A stretch of DNA of 64,000 nt from Patescibacteria group bacterium. Lineage in GTDB: Bacteria; Patescibacteriota; Patescibacteriia; UBA10025; JAHIVO01. The position numbers were made by a program, and so were the translations under genes. The DNA lies in NCBI GenBank assembly GCA_041666685.1, contig JBAYGJ010000001.1:31749-95748 (forward strand). The letters run 5' to 3'. A model generated the notes under the pieces. The model had not been told where the DNA came from. It did no database searches and saw only the letters and a program-made list of their open reading frames with translations. Shown piece by piece: positions 27,822 to 37,543 of this stretch (position 1 is the stretch's first letter; each line of letters opens with the position of its first letter).

Positions 27822-29339
27822 ATGCCAGATCTCCGCCCAATCGTAAACTCAAACATCGAACGACGTCCGGCTGACGCCCCGGTTAAGGTCGACCCGCATG
27901 TCTACAGCAGCGTAAAACCGATTGCTCAGAGCACCCATCTCCTGTGGTGGACGCTTGTTTTGGCTGCCGTAATCGTCCTGATCGGGTTGGCCTTTGGCGT
28001 TAAATTCATTTCAGCCATCAACAGCACAAACAGCACCTCCGGAAAAAAAATCAGCTTTTTCCAGCAACTGTCGCATTTGGTATCAAATCCGGAAGAACAG
28101 TTGAAGGGTGCCAGTGATGACCGGATAAACATCATCCTGGCCGGCATCGGCGGAGCCGGACACGAAGGGGCATATCTCACCGATACGTTGATTTTAGTCA
28201 GCATCAAACCTTCCACAAATGAAATTGCCACCATCTCCATCCCACGCGACCTGGTGGTGGAATTCCCGAAATACGGCTGGCGCAAAATCAACAACGCGCT
28301 GGCGTTCGGTACGGAGATGGATTATCCTGGCGGCGGCGAAGCACTTCTGACGAAAGTCGTCGGGGACGTGACCGGCCTGACCATTAATTACTATGCCAGG
28401 ATAGATTTCGAAGGTTTCCGTAAAGCAATTGATGACCTGGGCGGCATTGACGTCTACATCGATAATACATTCACCGATTCCAATTATCCTGATTATTCCC
28501 ACGGATACCAGACAGTAAAATTCACCAAAGGCTGGGAACACATGAACGGGGAACGAGCCCTGCAATTCGCCCGGTCCAGGCACGGCTGCTGCGGCGAAGG
28601 GTCGGATTTCGCCCGGTCCAAACGCCAGCAAAAAATCCTACTTGCGATGAAAAATAAATTTTTTTCGATAAACTCCGTAGCCAATCCATCCTCGATTATC
28701 TCGGTCCTGACTGACATCGGCACCCACAACCAGACGAATATAGAGGTCTGGGAAATGGTACAGTTCGCGAAAATCGCGAAAGACATCAATAAGGACAATA
28801 TCATCAATATGGTACTGGACAACAGCACACACGGACTCCTCGAGTCTGCCACAGGATCGGACGGAGCCTACATCCTGCAGCCAAAAGACGGCGACTATTC
28901 AGCCATCCAATCCATGGCAGCTAACATCTTTTCCACCGGTCAGATCATACACGAACAGGCCAATATCGAAATCCAAAACGGCACTACCCAGACCGGACTG
29001 GCCAGTAAAACAGCCGATCGATTGACCGCGCTGAACTATAAAATCGCCAGAACAGCCAACGCCGCGTCCAATGAGCCGGTCACCCAGACGACCATCTATG
29101 ACCTGTCAGGCGGCACCAAGCCGTATACGCTGGCCGGACTGAAAAATACCCTCGATGCGCGGTTATCAGCCACACCACCAGCCAATTACCTCAATGCGAA
29201 CACGACGGCCTACTCAAATGCTAACAGCAATACAAACACCGCACAAGCAATCGACATTTTGATAATTGTCGGAACTGACCAGTCGGCCACCACGGCCCCA
29301 GCTGGCCAGACTTCAGCCGCCCGCCGTACTTCCTCGTAA
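27822..29339 (+). CDS. LCP (LytR-CpsA-Psr) family protein with LytR C-terminal domain
   Basis: TM helix; TDTLIL, ISIPRDL, KINNA, ALQFARSRH, SDFARSKRQQ; IEIQNGT. Confidence 0.93.
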   Translation: MPDLRPIVNSNIERRPADAPVKVDPHVYSSVKPIAQSTHLLWWTLVLAAVIVLIGLAFGVKFISAINSTNSTSGKKISFFQQLSHLVSNPEEQLKGASDDRINIILAGIGGAGHEGAYLTDTLILVSIKPSTNEIATISIPRDLVVEFPKYGWRKINNALAFGTEMDYPGGGEALLTKVVGDVTGLTINYYARIDFEGFRKAIDDLGGIDVYIDNTFTDSNYPDYSHGYQTVKFTKGWEHMNGERALQFARSRHGCCGEGSDFARSKRQQKILLAMKNKFFSINSVANPSSIISVLTDIGTHNQTNIEVWEMVQFAKIAKDINKDNIINMVLDNSTHGLLESATGSDGAYILQPKDGDYSAIQSMAANIFSTGQIIHEQANIEIQNGTTQTGLASKTADRLTALNYKIARTANAASNEPVTQTTIYDLSGGTKPYTLAGLKNTLDARLSATPPANYLNANTTAYSNANSNTNTAQAIDILIIVGTDQSATTAPAGQTSAARRTSS

Positions 29340-29344
29340 TGCAT

Positions 29345-30664
29345 ATGAAAAATTCTTTGCCCCGCGTAGTCCTGGCAGGACGAACCAATGCCGGAAAATC
29401 TACATTGTTCAACACGCTGTCCGGAGTTACGCAATCTATCGTGTCACCGATCCCCGGCACGACCCGGGACCTGAACGTCTCGACCATTACCTGGCGTGAC
29501 TGCAGTTTTGAGCTGATTGATTCTGGCGGCCTCGATGCCGCCGCAATCGGTCTGATCGAACAAAAAGTCCAGGCCAAGGCCCAGGATGCCCTCCTGCAGG
29601 CAGATGTCATTGTTTTTGTCATCGACAGCCAGCAGGAACTGACGGCTCTCGACTTTACGATCGCCAAAAATCTTAAAAAAATGAATACGCCGATCATCCT
29701 GGCTGCCAATAAAGCAGACAATACCCGACAAAAACAGCGGCTAGCGCCAGAACTGTACAAACTGGGGTTGGGCGACCTACATGCGCTGTCCGGGCTGAAC
29801 GGTACCGGGACCGGGGACCTCCTCGATGTCGTCGTGGACCGGCTGCAAAAAAAAGATTACCAGCCAGTACGCAGCGACGTGCGCGTTTCCATTATTGGCA
29901 AGACAAATGTCGGGAAATCTTCCCTCATCAACGCGCTGATCGGCCAGGACTGGGCTATCACCAGTCATCTCCCGCACACGACGCGTGAACCGCGCGACTC
30001 AAACATACAGTTTGACGGGAAAAACATTACTCTGGTCGACACGGCTGGCCTGCGAAAACACGACGCGAAAGCCGGACGGATCGAAAAAATAAGTGCCGGC
30101 AAAACTATCCACGCTATCCGTCGGTCGGACATCTCCCTATTTATTACCGATGCCACTGTCCCGCTGTCCAGCCAGGACCTGGCTATCGCCCACCTCGCGC
30201 TGGAATCCCGAAATGGTATAATTATTGTGGTAAACAAGTGGGACGCCATACCGGATAAACACCCCCAAACAATCGACCTTTTCATCAACCGGTATCAGCA
30301 TTATATGCCCTGGCTGTCATGGGCCCCGATCATATTCATTTCTGCGGAACAAAAACAGCGCATGCACGAACTGTTAAAACTAATTATGTCAGTTCAGGAA
30401 GCCCGCCAGCGGCGCCTGGGCCCTGAGGAACTCAAAAAAATACTTTCACACATCTCTCTGCCCCGTGGCCGGGTCTCCAAGCACCCGCCGACAAAACTGA
30501 CCGGCTTAGTCCAAACCGATACCAGTCCGCCCACCTTCCTGCTCTCCACCAACCGGCGCAATCCGATCAATGCGGCAATCATCAACCTGGTGGAAAAACA
30601 ATTGCGCGCCCAATATGATTTCAACGGGACGCCCATCAACATTAACGTCCGAAAACGCAACTAA
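29345..30664 (+). CDS. der: Ribosome biogenesis GTPase Der/EngA
   Basis: Two G domains (GRTNAGKS...GTTRD; GKTNVGKS...DTAG...NKWD) plus a KH-like tail. Confidence 0.95.
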   Translation: MKNSLPRVVLAGRTNAGKSTLFNTLSGVTQSIVSPIPGTTRDLNVSTITWRDCSFELIDSGGLDAAAIGLIEQKVQAKAQDALLQADVIVFVIDSQQELTALDFTIAKNLKKMNTPIILAANKADNTRQKQRLAPELYKLGLGDLHALSGLNGTGTGDLLDVVVDRLQKKDYQPVRSDVRVSIIGKTNVGKSSLINALIGQDWAITSHLPHTTREPRDSNIQFDGKNITLVDTAGLRKHDAKAGRIEKISAGKTIHAIRRSDISLFITDATVPLSSQDLAIAHLALESRNGIIIVVNKWDAIPDKHPQTIDLFINRYQHYMPWLSWAPIIFISAEQKQRMHELLKLIMSVQEARQRRLGPEELKKILSHISLPRGRVSKHPPTKLTGLVQTDTSPPTFLLSTNRRNPINAAIINLVEKQLRAQYDFNGTPININVRKRN

Positions 30665-30665
30665 T

Positions 30666-31205
30666 ATGATCCTCATCGTCGGACTGGGAAATCCAGAACC
30701 TGAATATGCCGATACGCGGCATAACTTCGCCGTTACCGCCCTAAAACCACTTGCTGAATCTTTTGAGAATAAGTTCGATTCATTATTTACAAAATTAACT
30801 AGCAACGTTTTTCTTAGCTTACCTCAGACGTTCATGAATGAGTCAGGCAAGTCGATATCTCAAATAATAAAATTTTACAAAATACCTGCAGAAAATATTT
30901 GGGTTGTCCATGACGACGTTGATTTACCACTTGGGAAAATCCGGAACAGCTTCAATTCATCAGCGGCAGGCCATCGGGGCGTACAGTCAATCATCGACCA
31001 TCTTGGAACACAAAACTTTTGGCGTATTAGGCTCGGTATCGGGCGGCCCCCCGAACACATACCTACCGAAACATACGTTTTACAAAAATTTTCACTAGAT
31101 GATACTCTCACTGTTACCAGAACCCTCGGATATATCAAAATTCTGATTGAAAAATCCATCAATGACGGACTTAGTGAGGGCACATATACTACTAACCCAG
31201 TATAA
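30666..31205 (+). CDS. pth: Peptidyl-tRNA hydrolase
   Basis: LIVGLGNP..Y..TRHN, PQTFMNESG, VVHDDVDL, RIRLGIGRP. Confidence 0.95.
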   Translation: MILIVGLGNPEPEYADTRHNFAVTALKPLAESFENKFDSLFTKLTSNVFLSLPQTFMNESGKSISQIIKFYKIPAENIWVVHDDVDLPLGKIRNSFNSSAAGHRGVQSIIDHLGTQNFWRIRLGIGRPPEHIPTETYVLQKFSLDDTLTVTRTLGYIKILIEKSINDGLSEGTYTTNPV

Positions 31206-31207
31206 CC

Positions 31208-32281
31208 ATGGATACACAGGAAAAACTAGCCATCGATAAAATATTACGGCTGGTCGCCGAGCAAAAAGCTTCCGACCTGCATCTGATGATCGGCAGCCAT
31301 CCGGTGATCCGCCTGAACAATAAGCTGGTCATGCTGGAGGAAGAAAAAATCATCACCAGAGAATTTATGAACGGCTTCATCCAGAGCGTCCTGGATTCCG
31401 AACAGCTGGCCGTGTTGGAAAAAAATAAGGAAGTCGTATTAGCCTACCAGTTCCAGAAACAGACCCGATTCCGCATCAACGTCTTCTACCAGAAGGGGCA
31501 ATTAGCCGCTTATTTACGGTTGATCGGCAACACCATCCTGCCGCTGAGGAGCCTGGGGCTGCCTCCCATTTTAGAGTCGATGACTGAACTGAAAAAAGGA
31601 CTCCTCATCTTCAGCGGATCATTCGGCTCCGGCAAAACAACGACGTCCGCTTCCCTGCTCGACCACATCAACCGGACACGTTCGGCCTACATCCTGACCG
31701 TGGAAAAACCGATCGAATACCTGTTCAACAACCAGAAAAGCATCATCGAACAGCGGGAAGTCGGCCGGGATACGATCAGCTTTGAGCAGGCCCTGGCATA
31801 TGTCACACAGGAAGACGTAGAGATCGTTTTCCTGTCAGAATTATCGACACCGGCGGTCATCCGCCAGGTCATGAACATCGCCACTTCCGGCCGTCTAGTG
31901 ATCACAAACCTGGAAGCCGATACTATCATCAAAACCTTAGAGCTTATCATCACAAGCTTCCCCAAAGACGAGCAACAACAGATCCGTGAACATTTGGCGG
32001 CCAATCTGGCCGGTATTGTTTGTCAGCGGCTCGTGCCCCGAATCGGCGGCGGACAGGTCGCAGTGGCAGAAATCATGACTTCCACCCCGCCCATCCAGGC
32101 GCTGATCAAGGAAGGTTCCCTATTCCAAATCAACAACATCATTCTGACTTCACGTGCCGAGGGCATGGTATCTCTGGATTGGTCATTATCCGAACTTGTC
32201 AAGACAAACGAGGTACTGCTCGAAGATGCCCTGCAGCATGCCAGCGACCCCCAGCAGTTGCGTTACATGCTTCGTGTATAA
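31208..32281 (+). CDS. PilT/PilU-family ATPase with degenerate catalytic motifs
   Basis: ASDLHL, RFRINVF, GSGKTTT, VEKPIEY, QREVGRDT; His box altered. Confidence 0.85.
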   Translation: MDTQEKLAIDKILRLVAEQKASDLHLMIGSHPVIRLNNKLVMLEEEKIITREFMNGFIQSVLDSEQLAVLEKNKEVVLAYQFQKQTRFRINVFYQKGQLAAYLRLIGNTILPLRSLGLPPILESMTELKKGLLIFSGSFGSGKTTTSASLLDHINRTRSAYILTVEKPIEYLFNNQKSIIEQREVGRDTISFEQALAYVTQEDVEIVFLSELSTPAVIRQVMNIATSGRLVITNLEADTIIKTLELIITSFPKDEQQQIREHLAANLAGIVCQRLVPRIGGGQVAVAEIMTSTPPIQALIKEGSLFQINNIILTSRAEGMVSLDWSLSELVKTNEVLLEDALQHASDPQQLRYMLRV

Positions 32282-32288
32282 AAAACAT

Positions 32289-33350
32289 ATGGCATTATTC
32301 AACAAAAAAAACGTAGGGCTGATCGGTGTCGATTTCGGCTCGGGCGCCATCAAAATAGTTGAGCTCATCAATACCAGCGGAACGATCGAGCTGGTGACAT
32401 ACGGCCTTGGCATCAAGGACCGGGTGACGGTAAAAACCGATGCGGTACGCAACCAGCAGGCCACCGTCGGACAGCTGACACATATCCTGAAAGAATCGCG
32501 CGTCAACACCACTCGCGTCGTAGCGGCCTTGCCCGCAGTCAATGTTTTTACCACGGTCATCACCATGCCGCCGATGCCGAAAAAAGAAATCGAAGCCGCC
32601 ATACGTTGGGAGGCAAAGAAGATGGTTCCCCTGCCCCTGGACAAGATGTCCATAGACTGGCATCCTGTCCCAGTTGACCCCAACGACCCGAAAGAAAAAG
32701 ACAAATTCAAAATAATTATGACTACTGCTCCTTCGGACGTCATCCAGGGTTACGTATCAATGATGAGAAGCGCCGGGCTACAGCTGGTAGGCTTGGAAAC
32801 GGAAGCGACAGCGCTACGTCGGTCATTGCTCCCCTCAGCCCATGGATGCCAATTGCTCCTCGACATGGGCGCATCAACATCCAATGTCATAATTTTTGAC
32901 CACGGACTGCCTGTGGTTACCCGCAATATCGACGTAGGCGGCGAAGCTATCAACCGCAACATCGCCAATGCCATGAACATCTCACTGGATCGGGCTGCAC
33001 AATTCCGCGATGATATCGGTCTGCCCGCCAACGGACTCCCGTCCCATCCGGTCCACCAGGCTATTAGTTTCGTCATCGATAACCTTATCATCCAGGAACT
33101 CACCCGGGTATTGAACACGTACCAGATGGGCGGCGGCCGTCCGATTGACCGTATCACCATCGCCGGCGGCTGCAGCCACATAAAAAACCTGGCTACCTAC
33201 CTGACAACTCGGACTAAACATACAGCCGTCATCGGCAATCCGTGGCAGGAAATCAGCTACCATCCTGAATTGCAACCGGACCTGGACAAGCTGGCACCGC
33301 AAATGGCTGTGGCGATCGGATTGGCGCTGAAAATCAAAACCACCCCCTAA
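32289..33350 (+). CDS. pilM: Type IV pilus assembly protein PilM
   Basis: IGVDFGSGAIKIVEL, AIRWEAKKMVP, LLDMGAS, AGGCSHIKNL, AVAIGLALK. Confidence 0.9.
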   Translation: MALFNKKNVGLIGVDFGSGAIKIVELINTSGTIELVTYGLGIKDRVTVKTDAVRNQQATVGQLTHILKESRVNTTRVVAALPAVNVFTTVITMPPMPKKEIEAAIRWEAKKMVPLPLDKMSIDWHPVPVDPNDPKEKDKFKIIMTTAPSDVIQGYVSMMRSAGLQLVGLETEATALRRSLLPSAHGCQLLLDMGASTSNVIIFDHGLPVVTRNIDVGGEAINRNIANAMNISLDRAAQFRDDIGLPANGLPSHPVHQAISFVIDNLIIQELTRVLNTYQMGGGRPIDRITIAGGCSHIKNLATYLTTRTKHTAVIGNPWQEISYHPELQPDLDKLAPQMAVAIGLALKIKTTP

Positions 33351-33423
33351 TCTTGACGGCCGCTGGCAGGGCACGTATACTAGTAACCCGAAACTAGGTT
33401 CTTTTTTACATATGGAGGTCCTC

Positions 33424-33615
33424 ATGCCCGACAAAACACCAAACAAGGTGTCCGTTTCCCCATTATCCGGAGGGAACGGCTGGTGCATCAAGATAAACGG
33501 TACGCCATTCAAGTCTTTGGTTACAGTACACGAACCGGTCATAACGAAATCTGACCACCAGGGCGTTACCTATGAACACGAAGGCCAAGAATATACCATC
33601 AGTTGGCCAGACTAA
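33424..33615 (+). CDS. Orphan 63-aa protein with its own promoter, SD and terminator
   Basis: TTGACG-N17-TATACT upstream, GGAGGT SD, hairpin plus T-run downstream. Confidence 0.65.
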   Translation: MPDKTPNKVSVSPLSGGNGWCIKINGTPFKSLVTVHEPVITKSDHQGVTYEHEGQEYTISWPD

Positions 33616-33639
33616 CCGACGGTATTCAGTCCACAACAT

Positions 33640-33666
33640 AACCGGGTCAGCCGATCCGGTTTTTTT
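33640..33666 (+). terminator. Intrinsic terminator
   Basis: AACCGG...CCGGTT hairpin followed by a T-run. Confidence 0.75.
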
Positions 33667-33699
33667 ATTGAAATCAAATTATACACTCAAGATATAGAG

Positions 33700-33905
33700 A
33701 AGTGAATTTTAAAACGGTTTCCTGAAATTAAAAAAACCACTTTACTGCCGCCAAGCGCAAGGTTTCACAGAAGAATCTGCAACACCTTAACTTTAGGTTA
33801 CTAACGAGACGTAGGAGGGGTTGTCTCATGGTCACCGCTTGGGTCGGCAGAAAAGTGGGTTTTTCCTGCAGTTTTCCACTTGCCAAAAATGTAAAAATGC
33901 GTTAA
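33700..33905 (-). ncRNA. Candidate ~200-nt structured ncRNA (6S-like or novel)
   Basis: Long closing stem (33730-33757 with 33836-33864) enclosing two hairpins; G-U pairs favour the minus strand; dedicated promoter; no downstream ORF on that strand. Confidence 0.55.
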
Positions 33906-33940
33906 TATAGAATAGTAGCAGACCAGCCCACTCCTGTCAA
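33880..33940. promoter_or_regulatory. Overlapping divergent sigma70 promoters (ncRNA on minus, mfd on plus)
   Basis: Minus: TTGACA(33940-33935)-N17-TACTAT with extended TG; plus: TTGCCA(33880-33885)-N17-TAATAT. Confidence 0.65.
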
Positions 33941-34010
33941 GACCATAAATGGCGAGCCAGGAAGCGGACTTTGACGTTCACTACCCTTTCAAAATATTAA
34001 ATAAATCACT

Positions 34011-37000
34011 GTGCCTGCCAACCAGTCCAGCCATACTGGCATGCCCGACTTTATCAAAGAGTCAACAGAACAGCTGCAAACCAAGAAAACCGTCAGCCTA
34101 GCCGGGCTCCCGCATCTCGCGGCTCAAACGTACTACGTCACCATCCATCCCTTCATTTCTGAAAGGGTCATCTTTTGGTTGGCGACAACCAACGAATCCG
34201 CTTCGGTCGAGAGGTTGATTTCCTATTGGCATAAAATTTTCAAAATCAACATCCCTGTGTGGCGGTTGGAAGACATCAATCCGCTCCGGGCTCAACATCT
34301 GGCCGATCTGAAACCCCAGGTTGTCGTAGCCAGCTACCGCCAGTTGAACGAGAAACTGCCGGCGCTCAATTCCAATGGCCAACATATAATGACGCTGTCC
34401 GTCGGTGACAACCTCACACCGTCCTCCCTGTCCCAAAAACTTATAGATTTCAATTATGAATTCACCGGCCAGGCCAGCCAAAGCGGATATTTCGCCCGGC
34501 GGGGTGGGGTCGTCGATATCTATCCGATCAATTTTGACCGGCCAGTCAGGCTGGAATTTTCCGACCGCCAGGTCATCAGCCTGCACGCCTTCAATCCTAT
34601 CAACAAACGCGCCGGGGAAGCCATGAAGTCATGCCAGATCGTAGCAGTCAAATTCCGCCCGAATACAGGACGCACGACTTTTTCGACCTATCTGGAAACG
34701 ATCCAGAATCCCTTAATAATCTACCGCGACCAAGAAGAGGCGTCCGGGGAGCTGCCCGCTTGGCGGTCAGTAGAGGAAAAAATGGAGTCATACCAGCGCC
34801 TGGTGTTTAATGATTTCCATAAAAATTCTATTAATATACATTTTGAGCATGCCCCGCTGTACCGGCAAAATTTTGGAAAATTGGTATCGGACTTCCACGA
34901 CATGGCAAAAGCTGAATGGCAGATTGCCGTCGCCTCAAATCGGCCTAAGGAACTGCAGCAGATGCTTAAAGAAAAAAAGGCAGGAGACGTGCCCGTGACC
35001 TGGTGGCCATTTATCCACGAATTGGAAGGTTTTCAAAACAGCCGAGCCAAACTACTATTGCTCACAGACAAGGAAATATTCGGGGAGCAGAGCCTGAAGC
35101 ACGAGTCTCCACGACACCGGGTTGACCAGGCACTGATCATGGGTATGCGGCCCGGCGATTACATCGTCCACCTGGACCATGGGATCGGCCGGTTTGTCAG
35201 CATGACAAAAAATATCGTAGAAAACATTACCCGTGAATACTTCGTCCTGCAATATGCCGAGGGGGACAAACTCTATGTACCGGTCGAAACTGCCGACAAA
35301 ATCTCCAAATACATCGGCATCGCCCACCCTAAACTGCACCGGCTCTCTGGCGGACAGTGGTACCAGCTTACCCGCAAGGTAAAGCAGGAAGCAAAAATAC
35401 TGGCCCAGGAGCTCCTCAAAATCTATGCCAAACGCGAACTGATCAAGGTAAAACCGTTCACAAAACCGACGCCAGAAGAAACGGAGTTGTCCGCGTCATT
35501 CCCCTATAAAGAAACTGCCGACCAGTCAAAAGCCATCAATGACGTGGAATCAGATATGTGCCGCGAAACGCCGATGGATCGGCTTATCTGCGGAGATGTC
35601 GGGTTTGGCAAGACCGAAGTGGCCGTCCGGGCTGCATTCAAGGCGGCCATGAACAAAAAACAGGTTGCCCTGCTGTCACCCACCACCATCCTGACCCAGC
35701 AACACTACGATACGTTCAGTGAGCGGCTGAAAAAATTCCCGATAAAAATGGGCATCCTCTCCCGTTTCGAATCTGCCAAGGAGCAGCAGCAGACGATTGC
35801 CGGCATGAAAAGCGGCGATATCAACATTGTCGTCGGCACGCATCGGCTGTTGTCCAGCGATGTCAGCTTCAAGAACCTGGGCCTGATCGTCATTGATGAG
35901 GAACAGCGGTTCGGCGTGAAGGCAAAAGAAAAATTAAAAGCGCTGCGCACGCAGTCCCACATCCTGACGCTGACAGCCACCCCGATTCCCCGCACATTGA
36001 ACATCGCCCTGTCCGGGGTACGGGACGTCAGTATTATCGAAACCCCGCCCGAAGGCAGGCTCCCCATCAATACCCTTATTGAACCCTATACAACCGAACT
36101 GGTCCAAAAATCCATCACTGAAGAGCTCAAGCGTGGCGGCCAGGTATATTACCTGCACAACAAGGTTGAGACTATAGCTTTCGCCGCAAAAGAGATCGCC
36201 CAGATGGTCCCGGACTGCCGTATCGGCATCGCCCACGGCCGACTGCCAGAAAAAGACCTAGCCAAAGCCATGGCAGACTTCGATACCGCAAAAACAAACA
36301 TACTGGTCTGTTCCACAATTATTGAAAATGGCCTCGACCTGCCAAACGTAAACACCCTGATTGTCGATAATGCTACGAATTTCGGATTAGCGCAACTGTA
36401 CCAATTGCGCGGGCGGATCGGCCGCGGCAGCCGGCAGGCCCATGCATATTTCCTCTACCACCGGAAGAAACTGAAAGGCAACGCGAAAAAAAGGCTACAA
36501 GCCCTGATGGAGGCAAAAAAACTGGGCAGCGGGTTCCAACTCGCACTGCGCGACCTGGAAATCCGGGGCGCCGGAAACATTCTGGGCAAGGAACAGCACG
36601 GTAAAGTTTCAGCTATCGGCCTGTCACTCTATACCCGTTTATTAGCTCAGGCTATCGAGGAATTAAAATTCGGTAAAATCCAAGAGCCGGTACGCGACAT
36701 CCTGATCGACCTGCCGATGGAAGCGTATATCCCCCAGGAATTCCTGCCGGAGGAGGAACGCCTGATCCTCTACCAGCAACTGGCCGGCATTATGAATATG
36801 GATGACCTCCACGAAATGCGGGAAAAAATGATCCGTTCGCAGTCCCGGGAAGAGCAGAAACATTTTCCGAAACAGTTAATCAACCTTTTTGAAATCCTGG
36901 AAATACGGATCTTGGCGCAGAAAACCGACATGTCGCACATCGATACGACCTGGTCGACAGACCAGCATGGCCATAAAATACAGAAGCTGATTATAAAATT

Positions 37001-37175
37001 CCTTTTCCCGCTCAAGCCCGAGCCGCTGGCTAGATTACTCCAAAAGAACCCGAATTGGCAATTTACCGACGATTCAGTAAAAATCGATTTGGACAAATTG
37101 GGGTCCAGCTGGCTCGACGAGCTGAAAAAAACCATCCGGAACTTCCAGCATCAGACCGCCGCAATAAAAAAATAA
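34011..37175 (+). CDS. mfd: Transcription-repair coupling factor
   Basis: RRGGVVDIYP, CarD-like GDYIVHLDHGIG, CGDVGFGKTEVA, DEEQRFG, TATPIPRT, QLRGRIGR, TRCF tail. Confidence 0.96.
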   Translation: MPANQSSHTGMPDFIKESTEQLQTKKTVSLAGLPHLAAQTYYVTIHPFISERVIFWLATTNESASVERLISYWHKIFKINIPVWRLEDINPLRAQHLADLKPQVVVASYRQLNEKLPALNSNGQHIMTLSVGDNLTPSSLSQKLIDFNYEFTGQASQSGYFARRGGVVDIYPINFDRPVRLEFSDRQVISLHAFNPINKRAGEAMKSCQIVAVKFRPNTGRTTFSTYLETIQNPLIIYRDQEEASGELPAWRSVEEKMESYQRLVFNDFHKNSINIHFEHAPLYRQNFGKLVSDFHDMAKAEWQIAVASNRPKELQQMLKEKKAGDVPVTWWPFIHELEGFQNSRAKLLLLTDKEIFGEQSLKHESPRHRVDQALIMGMRPGDYIVHLDHGIGRFVSMTKNIVENITREYFVLQYAEGDKLYVPVETADKISKYIGIAHPKLHRLSGGQWYQLTRKVKQEAKILAQELLKIYAKRELIKVKPFTKPTPEETELSASFPYKETADQSKAINDVESDMCRETPMDRLICGDVGFGKTEVAVRAAFKAAMNKKQVALLSPTTILTQQHYDTFSERLKKFPIKMGILSRFESAKEQQQTIAGMKSGDINIVVGTHRLLSSDVSFKNLGLIVIDEEQRFGVKAKEKLKALRTQSHILTLTATPIPRTLNIALSGVRDVSIIETPPEGRLPINTLIEPYTTELVQKSITEELKRGGQVYYLHNKVETIAFAAKEIAQMVPDCRIGIAHGRLPEKDLAKAMADFDTAKTNILVCSTIIENGLDLPNVNTLIVDNATNFGLAQLYQLRGRIGRGSRQAHAYFLYHRKKLKGNAKKRLQALMEAKKLGSGFQLALRDLEIRGAGNILGKEQHGKVSAIGLSLYTRLLAQAIEELKFGKIQEPVRDILIDLPMEAYIPQEFLPEEERLILYQQLAGIMNMDDLHEMREKMIRSQSREEQKHFPKQLINLFEILEIRILAQKTDMSHIDTTWSTDQHGHKIQKLIIKFLFPLKPEPLARLLQKNPNWQFTDDSVKIDLDKLGSSWLDELKKTIRNFQHQTAAIKK

Positions 37176-37200
37176 AGCGCCGGTTTACAGACACGGCGCT
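37166..37200. terminator. Terminator hairpin between mfd and a convergent small ORF
   Basis: AGCGCCG...CGGCGCT with a flanking A-run (T-run on minus). Confidence 0.65.
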
Positions 37201-37252
37201 CATGCCTATTTCACCACATATTCAATAGCGATTGCTTGTCGCCATACCCCTC

Positions 37253-37396
37253 TCACCGGCAATGCTGCAACGGCGTACGGGCCCATCGCCAGCCCAGGAA
37301 AGTGCACAAACCGACTGCCGCGAGCGTCAGACCAACCACGAGATACAGTACCGCCAGCACGACAAATAAGAATTTCACTAAAACCATCTTACACAT
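37253..37396 (-). CDS. Unannotated 47-aa single-TM membrane peptide
   Basis: GAGGTG SD; MCKMVLVKFLFVVLAVLYLVVGLTLAAVGLCTFLGWRWARTPLQHCR; extended -10 TGaTAGAAT upstream. Confidence 0.55.
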   Translation of the reverse strand: MCKMVLVKFLFVVLAVLYLVVGLTLAAVGLCTFLGWRWARTPLQHCR

Positions 37397-37543
37397 ATCC
37401 ACCTCGCACTGAATGAAAGAGCAATTGCACGACTACTGACATATTCTATCACTAACGCCAAATAGTCAAGCCACTTGCCAATAATGCTTCTCTGGCTTAC
37501 AATGGACAAAGAAGACCTTCCTACAAATGAAAGGTCTATTTTT

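Noticed and set aside
33730-33864. Retron msr-msd
   Set aside because: The terminal inverted repeat fits superficially, but no reverse transcriptase is present in the window
33930-33980. SRP RNA or ribozyme in the mfd leader (CCAGGAAGCGG)
   Set aside because: Lacks the SRP GNRA-capped helix 8 geometry; part of the pairing coincides with the -35 box
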